A stretch of DNA of 64,000 nt from NCBI GenBank assembly GCA_022813865.1, contig JALDZX010000003.1:310001-374000 (forward strand), written 5' to 3'. A program made the position numbers and the translations under genes. This document shows positions 50,433 to 62,385 of the stretch, one piece after another; within the stretch, counting starts at the first letter, position 1, and every line of letters begins with the position of its first letter. The notes under the pieces were generated by a model that saw nothing but the letters and a program-made list of their open reading frames with translations, searched no databases and had not been told where the DNA came from. Origin of the DNA: Xylographa opegraphella (lineage: Eukaryota).

Positions 50433-52235
50433 ATGTACTCCCCACTCAATGCCCTCGCTGTCACCCTTGCGGTATCACTCGTTCGAGCTTCGCCAGTCAA
50501 AATTGTTTCTCGCCAAGCTTCCAATGATACTCAATTACTGACGGATTTGACCACGATATCTGGCTACTGGGGTCAGATCTCTCCGTATAACGATAACCCC
50601 GAGGATTACTTCGGCGTCCAGTTCGTGGGCCTTCCGTCTGGATGTCAAATTGAACAGGTGCATAGCCTCCAGCGCCATGCCAATAGATTTCCCACAGGTC
50701 TGTCAACTCGATCCACCACTCGTCGTGTACGCTAACACGAGTAGGCGGCGAGGAGGACGGGACCAACGATGAGACCTTCGCGAGCAAGGTCATGAATTTC
50801 ACCAAGGCCAACCCGTCCATGTCGTTTTCCGGACCACTGGCCTTCCTCAACAGCTATGAATATATCATGGGGCAAAGCTATCTTACAGGCCTTGGTGCGT
50901 CAACGGAGTTCATGGCTGGTGTTCAGTTCTGGAACAGATATGGCCGTACTTTATATAACGCTTCCGTCGCACAAGTCTCGTATAATGCTAGCTACACCAA
51001 TGGAACAACAAGACCGAAGCCGGTCCTGAGAACCACCAGTCAATCCCGTATTGAGAACAGTCAAATTAGTTGGGCTCTGGGTTTCTTCGGACCGAGTTTC
51101 CAGGTAGTTCCAGACGCTACAGTGGCGAATGCAACATCCGACTTTGACGTTGTCATCATTCCCGAGGGAGGAACCGAGAACAATACTCTTGCCCCGTATG
51201 ATTCTTGCTTCAATGACAATGTTGACGCCATTGGCTACATTGGCGATTCCGATGTCTACACCTATATTCCTATCTATCTAGCCAGTGCTACCGAAAGAAT
51301 GAATGCGTACGCTCCTGCTGGCTTCCAATTCACCACCAATGACACGTATGCCATGCAAAGCATATGTGCATACGAAACGGGATACATAGGAATGTCCGAC
51401 TTCTGCACCCTGTTCACAGAGGACGAGTGGGCTGGGTTCGAGAACACTCTCGATATTGAGTACTACTTTGATTACTCTTACGGAAATCCGACTGGTTTCA
51501 AGATCCGCCCGAACATAGTTGGGTCGTCGCTAACAGTTCTGCAGGTCGGGCCCAAGGTATTGGCTACGTCCAAGAGCTCCTCGCCAGACTCCAGAACCAG
51601 TTCATCACGTCGTCAAACTCTTCGGTGAACTCGACATATGACGACAACTCGTCAGAGTTTCCTCTTGGTCGGCCCTTCTACGCCGACTTTTCCCATGTGA
51701 GATAGCTCGTCTCCCAGAGAATGCCATCGTTACTATTACTGACCCTTCTCAGGACGACAACCTCGTCTCGGTCCTCACAGCGCTCTCCATGGACTACTTT
51801 CGCGAAGCGCCCACTTTATCTCAATTCCCTCCCGATCCCAATAGGCACTTCGTCCTCTCGCACATGACGCCTTTCGGCGGCCGTCTGATCACCGAAGTCA
51901 TCGGCTGCACCAGCGCCGATCCGGCACCTGTTCAGAACCACAGGACGCAATACTATCCCACGCAATATGGCTACAACGCCAGCGATGCGACGAACAAGTT
52001 CATTCGTATGCGTCTGAATAACGGTATCCTTCCGCTAAATACTATCCGTGGTGGTGCTTGCGATGGAAGGGTCGATGGCATGTGCGCGATGAGCAGTTTC
52101 TTGCAAAGCCAGGAGGGGACGTATGCGTTGAGCAACTATGACTTTGCATGCTTCGGTAATTACACGATCGATAATGTTGGAAGCCAGGGCCAGGATTATG
52201 ATGGGACAATCTCCGCAAGCGGAATTGTGCAGTAG
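50433..52235 (+). CDS. Secreted histidine acid phosphatase / 3-phytase-like
   Basis: Signal peptide; WGQISPY, active-site RHANRFP, FYADFSH|D (HD motif split by an intron), PFGGRL; three introns. Confidence 0.92.
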
Positions 52236-53069
52236 AGTTTTCGGAATCGACGAGACATGGGTAATAAATAGGATGGTATTGGAAAATGGTTGATGAGTGG
52301 TGGGGTTATGACTGACAATGATCCAATGAGGCGGCACTGAATCGTCTCAGTAGTTGCATAGTAGACTGAGAAGGAATGATCACTGAATCCAGAGTATCGA
52401 CATAACGTGCCGAGATCTTGGATTTCTATGCATGGTCATGGCCACTGCACAGGATCCCAATTGGAAGGAGTAGATATGGTCACATCAATCTGAACTCGTG
52501 CTCCCATATATGATCGAAAACTGTCCTTCCAATAACCACGAATCTGTTCTGTATACGAAGTGGCCTCGACGACAATGTGCTGCTTCATTCATGCCAAAAA
52601 CGGCTTTACACGGCTGGCTAAAATACGGCTCAAAAGAGCCGTCGGAAGTTTGGGAACCGGGGGTACGGGTAAAGTCACCATTGCCGAGGCTGGCAGCAAC
52701 CCCACGCGCTCCCACACTTCCTCGAGTTCTCCAGTGGCAACTAGAGTCGACTGGGTGACGGTCGTACTCAAAATCTGACCAATGACCATGTGTCCGTCCA
52801 GAATCAGGCTTCGTAGGAAGTCTTACTGTATTCGTCCTTCGTCTCCTCGCTGTCGTTGACAGCTTTGTATGTCGAGCTGCTGTTGCTTGTTGCTGCAAAG
52901 AGAGTTCTTGCTTTGTTCCTATAGATCACGCGCCACATCTCCCAAAGAGCAGAGCTTTCTTCAGTCACAATTCCCCGAGTCGTGCCGTCATCCCTGAGAT
53001 CCTGGACGAGCTTGTGCTGTAAACGCTCTCATCTCTGCATTTATTCTACCAGACACGGGCCTCCTCCAC

Positions 53070-53411
53070 ATGGCTTCATCCTCCGGTAGCGCTTTTCGAT
53101 CTACAGCGACGCCTCTCCCCTCGCCTTCAGCACACCAGCACAACCAAGCGTTCTTCTTCCCTCCCTCCAGACAACGGACCTCTACCGCAACACAGCCTCA
53201 AAGACAACCACAGCCTGCATCGGAACTGCAGACTCCAGCACAATCGAAGCAGCCACAGCAACAGCACGCGTATGGATATGGGCCAGACTTGACGAAAGCC
53301 AGTCCGGGTGCATCCTCGCCATTCCTGAAAGACTTCAACCTGGTGGCCGAAGCGGCGAAGCGGGCGCAGATGGCGGTATTGATGCGCGATCTGGGCGATG
53401 TGGCGTTATGA
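53070..53411 (+). CDS. Small protein: disordered Q/P/S-rich N-terminus and helical C-terminal motif
   Basis: CACA-ATG start; the C-terminus SPFLKDFNLVAEAAKRAQMAVLMRDL resembles a motif I recall in small Pezizomycotina hypothetical proteins (not verified). Confidence 0.7.
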   Translation: MASSSGSAFRSTATPLPSPSAHQHNQAFFFPPSRQRTSTATQPQRQPQPASELQTPAQSKQPQQQHAYGYGPDLTKASPGASSPFLKDFNLVAEAAKRAQMAVLMRDLGDVAL

Positions 53412-53800
53412 AAAGAGGTGGCATACATGAATCTGTAATCGGCATTACGGGAGCGTTTGGACTTACAGGCGTCGTTTTTTGGATGGACAAAGTCGTGGCA
53501 GCATAATGGACTGATCTGGAAAGAGGATTTTATGGTTAATACTATGCTTAGTGTCGAAGCTGGACTGCAGCAGGGGGCCGTGGTGCCAAGGGCACATATC
53601 TCGGTCACCGTAACGACTGCCATGCCAGGAGGGCGATGTGCGGCGATATTGGTAGCAGGCTATGCTCTGTACGCTACACCTATGTGCAGCGAGAATCCGA
53701 TCCACCATCAAAGCGCCATCCAAAGGCTCCTTCTGCATAAGTGTGCTCTGTCCTCCTCCTCCCCCCCGAGAGCCACCAGTGACAAGTCCCTTCCACCTCC

Positions 53801-53829
53801 AGCCTCGCCTCGCCTCGCCTCGCCTCGCC
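53801..53829. repeat. (GCCTC)n microsatellite
   Basis: agcctcgcctcgcctcgcctcgcctcgcc. Confidence 0.8.
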
Positions 53830-54821
53830 ACAGCCCGCCCCCCATCGGACTCTTTCCCTCTCGAACTCGCCGGCCAGCCAATCCATCTCCACGCCATACC
53901 CCCCCCCCCCCCTTGCTTAATCCAAAGCTCATCCTCCTTCCTTGCCGGCACACGGTACACACAACCCCGATCCTTCCCAGCACCCGCACGAGCCTCGCAG
54001 GCGGCGTTCGAGAAGCCCCCCTCGCAAGAGCGCGCGCGCGGGGTGACTGAGGCATCCATCCGAGCCGTGTGGAAAGGCGTTTCCGGCCTGAGGCATCCAA
54101 TCTCCCACCGCGCAGGACGGAAGACGGGGCTCCGCACGCAGCACTGGACGCCTTGCCTTGCGTTGCGTTTGGAGGCGGGAAGGAAGGGTCGCGTGCTGGG
54201 CTAGGCGTGGCGTCGAATCGGAGGGGGTTTTGGTCTAGCGTACTTGATTTTGTTCGATAGTCTTTGTCGGGGGGGGGTACGGAGTATAGGTTTAGGAGGT
54301 GGGCCTTGGAGGGGAGAGGTCGGGTGGGGGGGTCGGTCTGGGCTCTCTCGGGCGTGTGGTGTCCACGAGGAGCTTGCCCGGGGATGGTGCGGCTCTTGGT
54401 GAGGGTTTTCGGAGGATGGTCCGGTGGGCTGGGGTGGGATGGGGTGGCTAGCTGGGTTAAGGTACTTTAGTCTGTAAGGTAAAGGAGTCGGTGGTAATTA
54501 ATGACTGGCCTAGGCGGTGCATCGGTGCTTGGCGGAAATACTCAAGATAGGTAAGGTAGATCGAGATAAGTCTCTTGTTAGTTTTGGCGCGCATGGCACG
54601 TTTTAAGCCAAGTCTGGGAAACGTAGTGGTCGTCGAGGCCGCATTATTCGGATTTCCGTGTTGGCTTTGCAGAGTCTGCATGCGGATGATGGACGGTATC
54701 TGGATGGGCCCGCGAAATTGACATGATTAAAGCCTGCCTACTCTGAACCTGACCCGCAGGTATATACATACAACGATAAAGGAAATCATCTACATATCCG
54801 CCTTTGCGTCCGCTCTCGCTT

Positions 54822-54889
54822 CCACCTCCGCCTCTACCTTCGCTTCGATCTCCGCCCCCGCCTCCGCCTCTACCTCCGCCTCCACCTCC
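54822..54889. repeat. Degenerate (CCGCCT)n hexamer repeat
   Basis: ccacct ccgcct ctacct tcgctt cgatct ccgccc ccgcct ccgcct ctacct ccgcct ccacct. Confidence 0.7.
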
Positions 54890-54922
54890 ATTCATGCATC
54901 GCCGGCCGGGCATACTGCTCGC

Positions 54923-55463
54923 TCAGTGGGACCGACCACGACCGTTGTTGTGCGTAGCAAGTCCCACACGGTGAGACTCTGCTTGCACCGCCGCATTGTA
55001 ATTGGTCTGGATCACCCTCAACTCTGCGTTCAGCCGCTGGAAATCCCGCTGTGCCTATGCAATGACTGCCGCGTTCGCGCCTTGGAGCATATGGTGATGG
55101 GCCACGTTGATCTCCTGCTGCTTGGCTTGCATTTGATCGGCCTACTGTTTCACTGTCGTGCGGCGGAACAGGGCATGGCTGGTTCTTCCTGGTCAGTCGC
55201 GGAACCGAATGTTAATTACTAAGCGCGTACCTCTCGGCCGGAGTGGCTTCTCGAGCATGAATGTCCTTCGCATCGAGGTCTCGCTCGTAGAAGTCCCTCT
55301 CGGAAAGGTCTTCCTCGTAGAGATCCCGGACGTAGAGATCAAGCTCGTCGTAAATGTACGGGCTGGCTTCACGGGCGTAAATGCCACGGCTGTCAGGGTG
55401 GCGTGCAAGGACACACGTCGAGGCAGCGAGAATACTGAAGATGATGGTGGTTGAGAAACGCAT
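54923..55463 (-). pseudogene. Secreted prepro-protein (acidic RD/RE-repeat pro-region, RR site) with two in-frame TAG codons
   Basis: Exon 55463-55231, intron 55230-55179 (GTACGC...CTGAC...CAG), exon 55178-54923: SHALFRR-TTVKQ*ADQMQAKQQEINVAHHHMLQGANAAVIA*AQRDFQRLNAELRVIQTNYNAAVQAESHRVGLATHNNGRGRSH*. Confidence 0.65.
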
Positions 55464-58400
55464 CTTTTCTAACTTGGATAATATTCTGCAGCAAATTCAG
55501 TACTTGTCTTCGACCGAGTGAAGAAGAACGAGCGGCAAGCCGAAGACGTACGGTGTTTCTGTTGTGACGAATAAATGTGCCGAATAACGAGTCTGAAGAA
55601 ATCGGTGTTGCGTTGTGATTCGCAGTTGACTACAAAGATGAATGCTTTGAGAATGCTGTTCAGTATCTCATGGCCAGAGTGGAACCTCTTATAGGTTCTC
55701 CAACTGGTTTGCTACTGAACTTCAAACTGGCCTCCATGGTAAGCTCAGGTGTGTACGGGCATCCAGTCATGCCGATTCTTTGAGTTCGAGTTTGAACTTT
55801 CCAGAAATCTGACTGCTTTCTCGGTGAGCTCCGTGCTCAGCCACTTGGATAGACTGTGCAGAGATGCCACTTTATACGCAGACGTCTGTATAATTCAGCG
55901 ATAAGCCTATTGCTCCGTTCTGCGACAGCTGTAAACCAATGAAGGTGCTGACATTCGGCACATTGTAACACTAAGCAGAAACCTGACTTATAGGAAACTT
56001 TCGAAAATTTAAATTCACTTTCAATTTTCCGATTCGTCATTGGTTGTGAAGTGCTTACGACTGTCTGAACTACTGATTAGACTGGCTCGGGTTTTTGATA
56101 CCAATATTTTGCAGAACGAGTGATAGACAAAGATAAATGGTAATATGTTGGTTTCAGATTATTGCCGAATGCATCTAAACGCAAGACATACCCGAAGAAG
56201 TTAAAATTGTTGACAAAGTGGCTGAATAATATCGCTTGGAACAGTTAATTGCACATAATAGTCATGACTCGACAGACTCCCAGTAATTGTGGAAAGTAAA
56301 TCATGATGCTGGCTCAGGATGATAAGAATACGCAATCGCAGTGGCAGTTGAGTGGTTGTAGGCCACATACTACTCTCTAAAGGACGTAGATTGTGAAAAA
56401 AACACGTGGTGTAACAGAACAATGAGAACGCTTGTCACAGATGGGTAAATTCAGCAGGTATTATGCCGAAGCTAAGTTCCAAAGCCGATACTGGAGTAAG
56501 AATGGTAAGTAGAAAGCTATGCTTATTGAAACAGAAACCGACCTTTATGGCACGTATATTGACATATCCAACGAGAGGGAAGCTGATCGTTAGCAGTTGC
56601 GTAAGCCGTAATATTCATGAAGAGCGAAGGCATAGCCATAGTTGTGTTCCGTCTCACTGCACATATTGGAGTGGCAGAAGTGCTTCTGGTTGAGAGCTTC
56701 GGGAATCAGTTTTATTCGGTGCCTCTCGACTGATAATGGTGGAAATCTACCGAGTTATACGAGCTATGCATTGGTCCGTCAATTGGCACAGTTTCAAAAA
56801 GCAAAGACCATTGGCGTATGCTGGCATAGTTGGCTATCATTATCGGTATATATAATATGCTCAACCATGCCTTCAAGTTGGTAGTATGATACCTCCGACT
56901 ATGCAAAGATTGGTATCAAAGCCGTCTGGTGCCCGCATATTCCACACTATATATAGCACGGCATTCAGGCAGCAGAATAACGGTCTAACATTACTGAGGA
57001 TACAATTCTCACCATTTCACTACCCGGCAAATGCTGCAACTGTTGGTTGTACTCGTGACGAACTACATCAGTCAGTTTAATGTAGACATGTGTAGGCCAG
57101 ATGATCCAACCATTAAGTACAAATATTCTCATCTGATGAGGCAGAACGAATCTCGTGGAGAGAATCTTACTCGAGATGATATGATTGTGGGTTGTGACAG
57201 TAAGTTTGCAGCTATATTACTCATGCTGAACCACTTGAATCTCACTCCACAGAGGAATGTACTCTTCCGCCAAAAGACGGCTGCTGGGTTGCCACCCGTT
57301 CACCGATTGCTCATATCCCATGCTTATTCAGAGCCGAAACACGGCTCATCATAGTCGTAATCCTTGGCATAGCCTTTTTCGTATATTCGCGCCCAACGCA
57401 GGTTCCTTGACCACTCTGGCAAAGGTGCCGAGACTATAGATTAGATTGGCTGACCCTGTTGAAACAACAATCATCCTTTGCGACGCAAAGCCTGACAAAA
57501 TGTAGCGCGGGTTGAGAGTAACAAAAGCTAGAGCGTAAGCCACCAACCAACTGGTGCAATCACAGCGTCTGCGCCATGACATTGGCTTTTCTCGGCTGCA
57601 TATTGCACCAGGGAGATAGCAAAGATCGATTCCTACGAGGCTGGCCCTACAGAGTTCATCAATGTATACATTAAGTTTCGATCGTAGCGGCAGCACTGGC
57701 TGTGACGACTGCAGACATACAAGGCAAGCTTGTGGAGCAGTCGCTCCGTGTTATTATCCCGGGTACTATTTGATTGACAGCTGCAATTGTAGTAGTAATA
57801 TAAGTATAGATGGCATTTTCCGATCTGCACAGCAGCCAGGCTTGCATCCAAGGCCGTATAGCTTGTGTCGTCAGGTTAATACAAACGCGGCTGCAGGCAG
57901 AGACGTTGGCATTATAGGTGCAAAACCACACGTACCGGAGTAGGCCTAGACTGAACCCTCCAGAGAAGCTAGTCAAGATAGAGATTAGACTGCGGCTCCG
58001 CGGCCAAAGAATTGGGCAAGGCTATCTCGCTGCTGTACAACTCAGATCTGCATGACTACCTACCTACGGACACTTGCTGGTTTGAGCTCCACAATCGTTC
58101 ATTGGTCTCAAGTGCCACCTTTGCCTCAGTAACGGAAGATGACGACTGAATCTTGTGCTCACTTCTCCGAGCTAGGGCCTAAGTACAAGCTTGGAATGCC
58201 TTGGCCTCGTTGGTCCAGCAAGGTGTTCCACTCCAGCAAGAGCCTCAATAACGGCTCACTTCCTCGCATGACATGGGTACAAGCATATATGCGCATAACA
58301 TCCCTCCTTAGACTGTTCTCGGAGCAAGCCCTAGTCTAGAGGATTCAACCCACACGTGCCGCTTCCTATCATCCATCAGCTTTTTGAGGCTCTTCCAGTC

Positions 58401-58673
58401 TCTTCGCACGTTCAATAAGTTCGAAGCTTTTTCATCCTCAGACCGAGTTGAATTTCTGTTGCTCATCGCTCAAATTTTGTTTACCATCCTCGTTTGTGCC
58501 TCCATCGAATTTGTCCACTTTGGACACGGCACCTATCATCTCACAGATGATGTGTCTGTCATCAAGTTTTGGCTATCCTGATCAATGCATCTCTCTTCAC
58601 CTACCGTCTTGTGTTACTTGCAGGTGTCAAGGCAGTAAGCTGTATAAAATCGTGTTGGACTCCTCGAAAGACT

Positions 58674-60694
58674 ATGCCGCCCAACCTCCTTTCTCTTCCC
58701 CTAGAAATGCTTCAATGCGTAACTCGATACCTGGATTTAGAAGACTTCTGCAACCTTGTCCGGGCTAGAGCGGCGTTGGGGATTGCGCTTGGTAGTGGAC
58801 GTATAAATAAAGAGATGGCTACGGTATGTCAACACTGAACGTAGAGTCGACCTATACTTATTCTTTGGATTCTCAGCGATGTATACCACAGTCCAGAGAA
58901 GTACGGCTTGCGCAAAAGGGCCTCATCTGTTACAAAGAAGCTTTGTTCCGCACTTTCTACAGAAGAAAGGCCTATAGGACCGCTCAACCCTTTTCAGTGT
59001 TAGTGCTTGGCAGAGGATCTGATTTCCTTTACAGAGACGGCGTTTTGGTATATATCAATAGTGGGACTGTGCACGTTCTTGATGTGCACGGATGTTGTGG
59101 TACTGACTTGGTTCTCGACCTTCGACGAGTGCTCGGGCTTAATAGTGAAGGCCCGCATATATTCAAGCTCATGCACTATCAAGACAACGTACTTTCACTT
59201 ATTTGGAAATCACAAACAAACGATTCTTTGGATAATCTTGCTGTATTTGAAACGAGTCTTATCGCGGCATCGGATGACAGAAGACTCCTACTCCACACAC
59301 AGATTCCTACAGGCCAGAAGCAATTTGTCAGGCATGATTCGAAGCATTTGATATCTGGTACATACACAGGTACTGAAGATAGTGAAGACGATACTTGGAA
59401 GCTATCCTATTATAATCTTGTTAGGGGTTGTGCAAGCCGGCAGCGATTTCCGCCCGAGAGCTTTTCAACTGCCGATATTGGATCGAATATAGTTTTCGAA
59501 GTTTTTGACGAATACTTTTACGCTATCACAAGTCAAATTACTGTTGATGCCGAGTCACCAGATCCATCATCGTACTACGGAGGCTGCCGATGTTGTCTTT
59601 CCAGAGGTTCATTGCAAGACGTCGAATATTGGAGAATTTGGAGACGACAACAGCGAGAAGGACCTATTCACGATTTATGGACAGACTTTGCTATGCAACA
59701 GGACGAGAACAGTTGCGATTTAGTCCTGAACGAAAGTCGGCGGGAATGGCAAGATGGCTTCAGCAAGCAAAAGCGAACATTCTACACCGAGCCAGTCAAC
59801 CCCACTGCATTTTGTGAGTTTGACACGGCTTACAAGGAATATATAGAATTAAAGAAATTCGGGATCATGCATCAGCCTGCTGATGAAGACGAGGAGGATT
59901 GCACAGTCGAGTCTAGCCTCGCCACAGTTCCAGGTCTCATAATGCCAGAGTTATCTTTGCCACATAAACGCAGCGCACATCACTTTCAACCGGAGTACTA
60001 CGATTTGTTTCCACCTGAGATTCGTGAGTTCAGCTTGGCAAACACAAAGTATCGGAATTATAGCTATAGCACTTCGGCCTTTCTAGAAATTGTCATGGAC
60101 AGACAACAACTCGTTCACTGTCCAGATCTCGCGAAATACATATGCCTACGAATTGGCTCCCGTGTCTCCAAATCTTCTGAGCTCTCGGCCAGCTCGTCAC
60201 ATGATACAAGTACGACGACAGAGGACCCATTGGTTCAGCAGGAGCAGATGTATTGCGATGGTGGCATTCGTTTATGGCCCCCAGTAGATGCACCAGCAAA
60301 GCTACACAAGCTGCTGAATTGCAGCCCAGTTGTGTCGAAGCTCCATGCCATATCTGACGAACGATCTGTCGTATACATGGCGCCTTCAAGCGATCCGAAC
60401 CGGAGCGCGCCTATCGTTCTCATTAACTTCGATCCCAAGATCCGATTCGAAGGGCTCCCGACGTTGGGACCGGAAGGCGATGAGATGGACTTTGATACTA
60501 TTCAATACTGTTCGGACGAAGGAGCTGTGTTTCAGAATGGTCTTGGTGATAACACATGGTCACTCCACAGTGGAGAACGCTCTGGAGCAGACGCGTCATC
60601 CATGGATGAAGCAGCCAAGAGTGCTCAAGCTGGGGTAAGATTACAAAGAGCAGAATGGCTTGATAATAGGTACGGGTTTGAGCTACATTCATAA
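58674..60694 (+). CDS. F-box domain protein
   Basis: N-terminal F-box LLSLPLEMLQCVTRYLDLEDFCNL; intron 58824-58877; DIGSNIVFEVFDEYFYA, WRRQQREGPIHDLWT, ESRREW, DERSVVY, IVLINFDP. Confidence 0.85.
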
Positions 60695-61197
60695 CTAGCT
60701 TGTAGTCATTCAAGAACAAGCCTAGTGCTATGCTGCTCATATGTCAGAAGCCTTGACACATGCAGATTCAAATAGATAAAATTGGAAATGACAACATGAA
60801 TCTTGGAAGCCGGGGCTTGTCCTTCATGCGATGACTGATCGGTATTCATTTCCAGAGCTTTAGATATCCGTATACAGTCTTGGAGTATCCGAGCGAGCAA
60901 AGCATTAATCCGATATTTCCGACGGCTTGCTCGCTTAGCCTCGTCTCTAACTGAACTAGGCATGGTCACTGGAGATGCTGCTTGGCACGGGCCAGTTGCG
61001 TCACACGGCATATTCACATGAAACATGAAACCGTCCACGAGTCTCCTTTCACGATAAGGTACATAAGGTAAGTACATCAAACATCCAAGCCCATTTCCTT
61101 GTGGCCAAAGAGAATTGAAGCAATATTGAACGGTGTTCCCTATAGAACTACATAAGAACTACCTACTCAGCCACTAAGCAAACAATTTTCCTCCACC

Positions 61198-61820
61198 ATG
61201 TCGAACGACAACTCTTCCTCCTTGAAAGCCTACGTTGACTCAGCTACTGGTGCCGTTCAATCTGCTCTCGGTTCTCTGACCGGCAGCACTGCTGACAAGG
61301 TATTTCTCTTTTTTAAAACCTCAGGTCTCACTCGCAACCAACATTCTTCGTTTCGATCCTTGAAGTTACTGGTATCATACTGACCCGATTCTAGGCTCAA
61401 GGCGAGCAAACTCGCACCGACGCTGCCGCTTCGCATGAAGCGTCTCACACGGTTGGAAAGTTCGGCCCTATTGCTGTTTCGCCCTCTGGTGGTGTCTCGC
61501 AAGACGATCCAGCCCGCGCCGAAGGCAGCTGGAATCAGACCGTCGGTAGCGGCAAAGAAATGCTTGGAAACCTGATCGGTTCGCAAGATCTCAAGAATCA
61601 GGGTATTCAGCAGAACGCTGCGGGCAAAGGGCAAGAGGCACAGGGGCAACTCAGCGATCTAGGAAACGGGATGGGAGATCGAGTGCAGGGAGCCTTGGGT
61701 GCAGGCCTGGCCGGCTTGACGGGTGATAAGGAGGGGCAAGCAAAATATCAGGATTTACACGATGATGGTAAGGCCAAATTGCGGTCTGCACAGAAGGATA
61801 TAGAGAAAGAGGCGCAGTGA
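61198..61820 (+). CDS. CsbD-like / LEA-like hydrophilic stress protein
   Basis: CACC-ATG; SSLKAYVDSATG; intron 61300-61394; GSWNQTVGSGKEMLGNLIGSQDLKNQG...GKGQEAQGQLSD. Confidence 0.85.
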
Positions 61821-62385
61821 ACGTATCAAAGCCGGGCAAAGCATGGGCTTCAGCTGTTTTGTGAGGAGCGTGCAGATTAGCTGATGAAGGGCCGGGTAAG
61901 CAGGGCATGGACTGTTGTGTGAAGAGCGTGCAGATGAGAAGTCCTCTCTGTGGGGGCGTTTAGCTTGGTTATTATTATTGGATACAAATGACTGCTACCA
62001 CATGTTTCTGAAACATGCCCATTTAGAGAATTGTTGAAGCATAAGGTAAGGTGGTTAGTTAAAGTACTGTGTAATTACCTTACCCTACCTAGCCCGACTT
62101 TCGGTTCCGGGTTAATTCACTACAAAGGGTTTCTTTCAACCAATGACGTCGCATCAAAACTCAAACTATGGGACTAGGTACGGTACTTTTACTTACATAA
62201 AATAGACTTTCTAGAAAAAAATATTGTGATGAGCTTTGAGGTCGGACGAAGTGCTGGTTCTGCCCGCATCTTTCGTAGTGGTGGACAGCAAACTTATTGC
62301 CTTCAAGACCGCTGATTCTTTCAAGCCATTGGCATACGGGGACGGAGACGGAAAAGAGAGGATACTTCGGATTGTTTTATCTGAA

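Noticed and set aside
47607..52235. IDO plus phosphatase as a metabolic gene cluster
   Set aside because: No kynureninase or other pathway partner, backbone synthase or regulator nearby; adjacency only.
53457..54204. Overlapping 180-224 aa ORFs on both strands
   Set aside because: By-product of a GC-rich skew island containing a microsatellite; no recognisable protein features.
54923..55463. Genome-wide reassignment of TAG to Gln as the explanation for in-frame stops
   Set aside because: Conserved genes here terminate normally at TAG (carbonic anhydrase 2172, PON-like 12019, STE2 35816, UTP21 47210).
56460..57560. Possible decayed gene in AT-rich DNA
   Set aside because: Short frames with many stops and no motif I could assign.
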